Source: Octopus vulgaris (Eukaryota). From it: DNA of 64,000 bases. Of this stretch, positions 54,564 through 64,000 are shown in pieces. Numbering within the stretch: position 1 is the stretch's first letter; the number at the start of each line of letters is the position of its first letter. Below the pieces are notes generated by a model. The model was not told where the DNA came from, ran no database searches, and saw only the letters and a list, made by a program, of their open reading frames with translations. The translations under genes and the position numbers were made by a program. Where the stretch lies: the NCBI GenBank assembly GCA_951406725.2, contig OX597817.1, positions 62,682,001-62,746,000 on the forward strand. Reading direction: 5' to 3'.

Positions 54564-57500
54564 AGAGGAAGAGAGAAAGAGAGATAATAATGTAAGAGAT
54601 ATGAACGATATTAAAATATACGTTTTACCTTTTACTTTTTTAAATCATTGTTCTGCAGTCATGCTGAGGCATCGTCTTGAAAGGTTTAGCCGAGCAAATC
54701 GAAGCCCATTCCATATTTTCAAACTTGGTACTTATTCTATTGGTACTTTTTTCCCGAACTGTTGACATATGAAGATGTAAACAAGCCAACACCATGTGAT
54801 TGGGAAACCTGTCTGAGACAGAACAAAATGTGTTGGGAATAATGAATAGATGTGTTTCTCTTTATATATCAAAGATTGACATTCTGCATGCTGGTAACTG
54901 ATATATTCACTTGTTGAAGTGAAATTGTAGCATTCACCAGGTCACTAGACACTCTATTTTCGTAAAAACGCATTGATATTTCGGATGGGAGGCACGAATC
55001 TGTGAAGACTTACAGATAGTGAGACTATTTTCTTGAAAACAATATCAGAATTTATTTCTCCCTGAAAAATGAACTGTAATTTCATTAGTGTCTGGTTTTG
55101 GCATTTCTTCAGTAAATCGGTTCCTGATGGTTGAGGAGGCTTCTTGTGTCTGCTGATCAAGTTTATAAGGAGTAAATTACTTAATCTTTAGCGCGGACAT
55201 TGAATCATCAGAAGAAAAATCCGTGTTTATATTGGGAGCATGTTGTGGTGAATAAAATAGTAATAACTGTTTCGATGGTAATATTCTTCAAAAGAATTGC
55301 AGAGGGTATTTGACTAGTGTATTTTCTGTCAGATGTTTCGTTGGCAGAGATTTCATATTAATTTCGCTTGCAGTCGTAAACACATAGTTGTGTCTGTGAT
55401 CTGCGTAAACTTTTATTAATTTCTGTGCTTGTTTTTTTCTGCAAATATTAGATCAAACAGATCTAGTAGTTGTGGAAATTTATAAAGCAAGTCATAAAGG
55501 TCCGCTAAATGCAGATGAAAATTGAATGATAACCTGTGACACTAACACAGCAAATATTATCTGAAAATAAGTGTAAGAAACAACATGACTACTAGATTTA
55601 ACCTTTGATTTAGAAAAGATTATATCTAGTCTCCTTAATATGTGCTCTGTGTATACTAAAATGCGTCTATCCAGGAAAGCCTCCAGGTTATGGAAAGTGT
55701 AAGTATGGTTGATCTTTGTTTGTGAAATAAATGAATTTTGATGTTTTATTATCAAGTTAATCAGGTCTTTCTTTCTTAATTTGGCTGTCTTGTAGATAAT
55801 TCTTTTCATATTTTTATATTTAACATTATCGCTTTGAAACTATAAAATTATTAGAAAATAGCCAAAATTGCGGCATTTGACTAAAGGTGTTTGTTATTGA
55901 TAGGAGCGGCAGAGAGGGTAAAATATTTTGCTTTTAGATATAGAAGTCAGATCACTTCTTGGAGCATTATATCACGTAATTTATCAAGGTGTATGTACCA
56001 ATCTTTAAAATTTTCCGCAGTAGTTTTTATTATCGATTCTACAATTGTTTTAACATCCACAAAACTCAGAAAAAGTTCATCTACATTTTCACAATTGACA
56101 ACCTAACGTAGGCAGCGTGTTGTGATTTCGTAGACACATTCTATAAGTTACTGGTAATCACTGACCAAATCCTGATTTCCTTTATGGCAGATACAAATAT
56201 TGATCTGATTTGTTCTCTATAAACTTTTTTGGCATTTGTGGTAAGAGATGTGTCATTTCTCCTTACATTTCTCTTTAAATGTTTTCTAAAGAAATCTTAC
56301 AAAAAACACAGAAAGTCACCTCAATCATATTTGCCTAGATGGTGTAATACTCGTAAACGGCTCCTTATTTTTGGCGATCCGTATTATTACGCCAGTTATT
56401 GAGTGCATTATTTCCTTGGTTTATTTTATAAACTAATGGTATGAAGTAGACACTTTTCCTCGTCTATATAGCATCTTTTCATTTAAATTGATGAAGGTTT
56501 TGAACATTATAAATTGCACTGATTTTTCTTTTAATTCTTTGTGCATAGTTATTAATCATGTCATGTTTATCACTTAAGGCTTTTTCCAATCACAGAATGG
56601 AACATTTGCAAATACCATTGATATGTAGAATCTGATAAATGATCAAGATATATAATACAATATATACAATGCACTCCATTAATTTCTAGTGAATATCTTA
56701 ACAACTGGAACTAAATTTCCAATGATTGCAAGTATCTACATTTACTGCTATTCTTCGGAAACAGGAGAATATTTGAAGGAGGTGTATATTTGATAAAACA
56801 AGATAGTTATTTTTGTTGACTGTGTTTAGTTGAGCATAACTAATGAAGACAACAGGGACAATGCACCCGTTGAACGATTATTGATGATTAAATTTAGAAG
56901 TAACTTCTGCTTCGTCCTCATCCTAATATTTAACAACCTGACTTACTGATGCAACTACACATTATCAGTAGTCACATAACCAGTAAGAATAATGAAATTG
57001 TCAAGGGGAAAATTCGAACAGAGGCGTTTTATCAGCATACGATTTGTGGGGAGATGGTTAAACTTGGAGTGTTTTCAATAATACATTATTTTGAAGACAG
57101 GAGGATTTAGTTGAATTGCCTTGACCAGTGGATATATACCGAGCGCTTTAGACAGACTGCCTTCATCAAGAGAGTCATGGAGTTAGGCAGATTTAGAGAA
57201 CGTAAGCATCTTCGTTATACGATTTGTAAACAAAATACAAAAAATACTTCAACAAGTACCTGAATTTTGTCTTCCGATTCTCAACTCCGGAATTTCTGTA
57301 TTGGGCTGAAAGTAAAATATATAACTAATCTTGGCTAAATTTATACTGCCCCATGGGGGATTTATTTAAGGGTTTTCATTTGAATTTTCACAAATCACAA
57401 ATAACTTTAAGAATTGGTGATTAATTAAAGTTGTCTGTTTCTAATACAATATATATACAGGCATTGTTGGGGTTTTAGCTAGAACTTGTTTAGTATAGAT

Positions 57501-58525
57501 CTTAGATATTACGTTATTATCTGTACAAAACTTTCATATCTACTATCCGATGCTGTGACCAGTCCACAAACAGAAACCATATAAATTATCTGATTATATT
57601 TTCGCTTCCTTTAGAAATAGTTTCTAATGATAATCTAAGACGATATTATGATATGGTTAAATTCTAGAGATTCTGTGCTTTAGAAAATTATACGCAAGTG
57701 TGATTTAATATATGAAATAACAATAAATTCAACTAAGTTTTGTCTATAACAAAAATGACAACGATTATAATTGAAACAACGTCAGAAACAAGTTAGGTCA
57801 AGAAAATAATTCTACTAATTATAGTAAACGAAATTAGATTTAATTTATGACTTTACACACCTGCGAAAGTCATCTTTACTTTACTGAACTAAGTAAGGCG
57901 ACAAGCTGGCAGAATCGTTACCGCGCTGACTAAGCGGTATTTCCTCCACCTTTACGACTTAAGTTAAAATTCTGCTGAGGTCGACTTTGCATTCCATCCT
58001 TTGAGCATTTCGACCGGTGTGCTAACGGCTCTGCCAAGTCGCCGCCTCGGCAAAAGATATAATAATAATAATAATAATATGTCCTGTGGACTTGTGAAAA
58101 TTACATCCAAAGATTATTGTTATGATGTGTGTGTGTGTGTGTGTGTGTGTTTGTGTTTGTATTGCAGACAAGAAAGTAAATTTCAAATTCAGTGAAGATG
58201 TAATGATACCAGAAAAAGATTGAGCGTCTACCCCTTATGAGACGGAAAAAAAAAGAAAGTTACCAGGAGGTGGTTATGCGACTCGAACGTTATGCGACTT
58301 GAGATAACGACCGAGTACTTTACCATTATGCTACATGGGCCTCTCAGAACACTCAGTATCAAATTTAAAGTTATTAATAAATTATAGCTATTCGAATGCA
58401 GCAACATTTTATAAACAAACTTTGGAAGGGTCGAATATGTTTGGAATTTTGCAGACAAGACAATAAATTTCGAAAGCAGTAAAGTTGTAAATGCAGCAGA
58501 GAAAATTGGGTATCTATCCATAATA

Positions 58526-58889
58526 TCTCTCTATATATAAACGGCATTTTGTCTGTCTGCGTGTCTGTGTGTCTGTTAGGTTGTACCCTCACCCTGACCA
58601 CGGCTTTCAACCAATTCTGATGAAACTTGACACACACATAGCCCAATGTCATAATTCAAAACTAACGCAGCGAAAATTTTGAAAAGTTCCCCCAGTTCTG
58701 AAAAAAATCGATAAATTCGACATGGGGTCGAGAATCAGAAACACAAACCACAGACTGTCTAGGGGACGCAACTCGACCTTTTTAACTCTCAAAAAAAAAT
58801 TTACCATCATTTTTTCCCCATTTTTTTGCTATTTTTTGGCTATAGCTCTCTAAAAATGCTTTATAGTTATTTCCCGGCGATACTGCTAG
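58526..58889 (+). mobile_element. Non-autonomous Helitron-like element, copy 2
   Basis: A|TC..CTAG|T termini. Near-identical to 7003-7396 but with a deletion that removes part of the 3' hairpin. Confidence 0.72.
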
Positions 58890-59553
58890 TATACATATAT
58901 ACACGACAGACTTCTGTTAATTTACGTCTACTAATTCCACTCTCAAATTTTTGCTCGGCCGCGGCTATAGTAGAAGACACTTGCCCGAGGTGTCGCTCAG
59001 CGGGACGGAAGCCATGAGTAGATGATTGGGAAGCAAACCTCTTAAACACACCTCACCTAAAATTGCTGGCGTTGTGCTAAATTTAGGGAGGAAAGAATTA
59101 TCCCACTTTTTGTAAATATGAACATTTGTAATTATAAACTACCTTCATCACCTCATCATCGCCCTCCTCATCATAATCTTCAACATCATTCATCATCATC
59201 ATCATTATTACACCTCTATTACCATCCGCATTACCAACAACAACATCATCACCATCGTCACCACTGTTGTCACTATCATCAACACATGTCCTTTTTACAG
59301 TTGTATTCATCCATTTTAATTGTGTAGAATCCATCATCATCATCATCATTTTTATCACCATCATCTTTATCATCATTATCTCTACTATTACCACCACCAC
59401 CATTATCATAATTAATTCCATTGTCGTCGTCACATCATCATCGCCGTCACATCATCACCATCACCACCACCATCAGCATCATCATTATCACGCTCATCAT
59501 GATCGTCGTCGTCCTCGTCGTCGTCATCATTTATCATCATCATCATCATTATT

Positions 59554-59593
<40 letters not shown>

Positions 59594-60770
59594 CTATTAA
59601 CATGTTCATCATTATTATCATTACATCTCATTTTACATAGCTCTCTTTCTATTTATATATTTGAAGTTTAGTTTTAGTGACACCATTTTATTACTCCCCA
59701 GTATTAGTAGCAACAATTCCCTGTCCCATTATCTATATTCCCTTGTGAAAAAAAAAGAAAACGAACTGAACATGTATTTTCCAAATTTTACGCAATAAAA
59801 TTCTGTATTTATTTCATTTCAAACGATTATTTGATCCAAAAGTTGCAATACTTTCCCCAAATGATCTTAAAGAGATTTTTCAGGATTTAGGAAAGGAAAA
59901 AAAAACGTGTTCATAAAGTTTCGTATGAAAAAATATATCTGAAAATTTCTTGACTTTCTTCATTAACCCTTAAGGGCCAATTTCTCAGATAAAACAGTAG
60001 AGGTTAAAATTTTACGATAAGAGAATGTTTGATAGAGTTGTTTTGAAATTTTGTTCGTGATAAGAATTTCGATATCGGAAAGTATCTAAACTGCCATGAA
60101 AGGTACAATTAGATGCCATTTAAAAGGAAGTGTACAAGGAGTTTCTTTTAATATTTAAATCAAAAGCTGTGTAAGTAAGCAGCTTTCATTCCAGTGTGAA
60201 TAGATAACTTAACTCCTGATCTTTTATTTCCTTTCAGCTCGATAGGTCTTCAAAGAAAAAAAAATATTTCGCACAGATATGTATACAAAAACCCAAATTG
60301 CTGTTCTTAGTAGAATAGGGCTACACCATGTTCTGAAATCCATATGCTACCACAGAAAAATATCCCTGTTTCTTAACATCCCATAAAGAGAATACTTTTA
60401 AGCACCAGATAACTACTTCTACTGCAACAGAGTAAGCACCTGGAGCGCCTAGAACTGTTACAAGTACAATGAAATGTTTCTCTCTGAAATACATCTAAAA
60501 AGTTACAAGTTATACCATACTGAAGATTTCTAAAGCGAATGGAATAGTGGTCTGCATGATTACTCCGACCAAAAATCATATGAAGTTCGTAAAAACGGTA
60601 TACTAGGAAGCATCAGTTAACAAGGAAAACCTGAATATAAATAGAAAATTTTTGCGCGTGAAGTTTAGAGGTCTAATATTACCACGGTTATACCTCCCGT
60701 GCTCACACAATCCTCCTGTGTTCGCAACACCTCCCATACTCACACTACTTCCAATACTATAACATGAGTA

Positions 60771-60824
<54 letters not shown>

Positions 60825-60851
60825 TACATATATACATATATACATTATGTA

Positions 60852-60894
<43 letters not shown>

Positions 60895-61045
60895 ATAAGC
60901 ATATATATAAACGAATATATATGTATATATATATAACTATATATGTGTGTGTATGTTATATATGTATATATAAAAGTGTATACATATATATATGTATATA
61001 CATATATATATATATACTTATATATACATACGTACATATATATTA

Positions 61046-61104
<59 letters not shown>

Positions 61105-62144
61105 AATGCATATATATATGTCAAGTCGCCACATGTACGTGTGTGTGCGTATGTTTGTGAAAGTGTGTGTACGTATGTATGTATGTATGTATGTATGTAT
61201 GTATATTGCTCTCCCTATTATTTTTTGTTTCGATCTCTTTGCAATTAGGAAACAAAACATACCGAAGGAAGACAACCATGAATAATTTACGTTTTAAAAT
61301 AGTGATTTGTAAGACAAAGAAGAGGAAAATGATGATGATGATGTTGATGATGACGACGACGACGACGACGAAATTAACAATAATAATGATAATAATAATC
61401 ATTAATATTAGTGTCTTTGCTGCCGCTGTTGTTTTTGTTATTGCTACTGCTGTTGTTCACGTTATTATTTTATTATTACCATTATTGTTGTTGCTGTTCT
61501 AGTCGTTGTTAGTATAGATTTACGAGGGTTATACGTTGTTATAAAGACGCGGATTAGAAAAATACGCCAAGGCAACCTTGAAGAAAGGAAAATTAATTAA
61601 GAACACTAATATCTGAGTAGATAACGAAACGGAGATAAGAGTAGAAGACCAAATACAAACTTATAAATAGTTTAGAATCAATGAACTACATATTGCGTAA
61701 CATACACGAATGAAGAAAAGATTAATAAGGACTATAACAAACAGAATATTATATCAATTACAACAAAGTTATATACAAAAATAAATTCTAAGATATTAGG
61801 CGTCCGTACAGAGGCTGCGTTAGACATATATTAAGACATATAATTCTCAATTGGATGCTGGGCAATGAAAAATAATAACAGTACTATGTGTACACTACCG
61901 AAAATTTCTTATACACACGCACTATTTACTAAGAATACAGAGAAGAGGGATTAAACAACACGAAACTGTTACGAAATATCGACTATGTGACCCGGCACGC
62001 ATAAACCCATGCACAGATACACCTACACTCACATACACACACACACTCACACATAGTCATAGATATATAGATATAGATTTTTATATGTATCAGTGAATAT
62101 ATACGTACATGCATACATAGGTACATACATACATATATACATAT

Positions 62145-62176
<32 letters not shown>

Positions 62177-62545
62177 GCTGAGACCCCCTTCGGTCATGAC
62201 TGACCATGGGATTGCACCTAGAAAGTTACCCTCCCAGGCACAAGTCCGGTCAAGGTTGTTTATGGAAGACCAGCATTTGTCGTTGTATACCGGCCTCCCC
62301 TCTCCAAGCCACCAGTGTTATCCAAGGGAAAGGCAAAGGCCGATACAGCTTGGCACCTATGACATCGCAACTCATTTCTACAGCTGAGTGAACTGAAGCA
62401 ACGTGAAATAATGTGTCTTGCTCAAGAATACAATAAGAGGTGTCACCTTAGTTTACTGGTAGTGAACAGCTGACACCGTAGTACATCTCCAGCGTTTGAA
62501 GTTGTGCAAAAACAATAAAATAATAATAATAATAATAATAATAAT

Positions 62546-62631
<86 letters not shown>

Positions 62632-62632
<1 letters not shown>

Positions 62633-63180
62633 TGCCAACACTATGGAATAACAACAGAAAGAAGACGGTATAGGCACACCCCACAAAAAGTATTAGAAAA
62701 TGACAAGGCAACCATACTCTGAGATAAGCCAATACATACAGGTAGTGAAATCAATACTAACAGACCCGATATAGTTATCAGATATGACCAAGAAAAATCT
62801 GTGATCTATTCAATGTATCTATCCCAACAGATGACAATGTATCTCTAAAGGAAACGGAGAAACTCTCAAAATACAAAGATATGGAGATAGAGATAACCCT
62901 ATTTTGGAGCCTAAAAACAGAAACAGTTCCAATAATAATAGGTGCATTAGGTATGATTAGAAAGCATTCAGACAAATACATAACCAAAACATCAGGACTA
63001 ACAAATATATATAACAAATGGAAAATAGCATTACTATCCAGCGCACACATCCTACGTAAAGCACTTTGGAAACATTGAAAATAACAGCACCAAAAACAAA
63101 CTGCAGCACATACCTAAAGCAAACAGAGCTGCGCTCGGCAGTGCGGTGGAAGCACGTGATAAAAATAAGACTACTGAATA
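62632..63180 (+). mobile_element. 3' end of an R4/Dong-like LINE (restriction-like endonuclease) inserted in (TAA)n
   Basis: NRPDIVI..KETEKLSKYKDMEIEITLFWSLKTETVPIIIGALGMI..ALLSSAHILRKAL, with (TAA)n on both sides. Confidence 0.85.
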
Positions 63181-63215
63181 ATGATAATAACAACAACAAC
63201 AACAACAACAACAAC

Positions 63216-63246
<31 letters not shown>

Positions 63247-63699
63247 GGACTTCCGTTATAATTATTCAGAGCTTAGGGATTTATACTTCCGTTTTTGTTA
63301 TTTATTTTCCTTTAATTTCCGTTATTGCAACACGGAAGCATGATTTTCACATATATGTAAATACGAAAAAATTAATCCTATGTGTGAGTTTCGTCTCAAA
63401 ATATAATTACGTGTCATTAAAAAAAATTATATATTATTTGTGCTCTAACGCCTAGGAACGGTATAACAGTAATTTAAACCTTTAACGTAATCCGGTCATT
63501 GCAACTATTGAATTTCCATATCAGGTCACGAATGAGTACAGCGGAAGTGACAGTCGATTGTAAAGATCTGCACCAATTTTATCAAACCTTATATACAGAA
63601 ATTTCTTGTTTTTTAAACCAGGCCTGCAGTCTTAATAACAATAACAATACTTTTTTATACTATAGGCACTAAGCCTTGGTTATTTTAGTGTGTGTAGAT

Positions 63700-63860
63700 G
63701 GAGAGTCGATCACGTTGATACCAGTCTTTATTTTATTGGCTGCAAAATGATGAAAGGCAAAGTCGACATCGGCTGAATTTGAACGCGGAACGTACGGCTG
63801 GAGAAATACTGCTGAGCATTTTCTCCAGCGTGCTAGCGGTTCCGCCAGCTAACCGCCTAA
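63700..63860 (-). mobile_element. Diverged SINE family A
   Basis: atgaaaggcaaagtcgac..aatttgaac..ccgccagctaaccgcc. Confidence 0.7.
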
Positions 63861-64000
63861 ATAACAATGGCTTCAAATTTTGGCACATAGCCAGCAATTT
63901 TAGTGGGAGAAGATTAGTCGATTACCTCAGTCCCATTTCTCATCTGTTATTTATTTTGTAGACCCTGAAACGATGGAGAGGAAAGTCAACCTCAATGGTA

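Overview
This is AT-rich, microsatellite-dense eukaryotic DNA. The SINE set and the (TA)n/(TACA)n/(GATA)n load suggest a cephalopod (Octopus-like) intron or intergenic region, but that is an inference. No host protein-coding gene could be supported, and most ORFs in the track are microsatellite artefacts. Recognisable content is decayed transposons: mariner/Tc1, CR1-like, RTE and R4/Dong-like LINEs, a Helitron helicase plus non-autonomous Helitrons, Penelope RT and GIY-YIG fragments, and several tRNA-derived SINE families. The main signal is a set of about 14 minimal type-I hammerhead ribozyme (HHR) motifs, read by eye as stem I - CUGANGA - stem II - GAAA - palindromic stem III - UH - stem I'. 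They lie in several apparently unrelated non-coding elements next to (TA)n tracts. Several of these elements have the Penelope-type inverted plus tandem pLTR layout, including non-coding 563-nt and 487-nt repeat units that look like retrozyme or circular-RNA monomers. Coordinates were counted by hand and may be off by a few nt.
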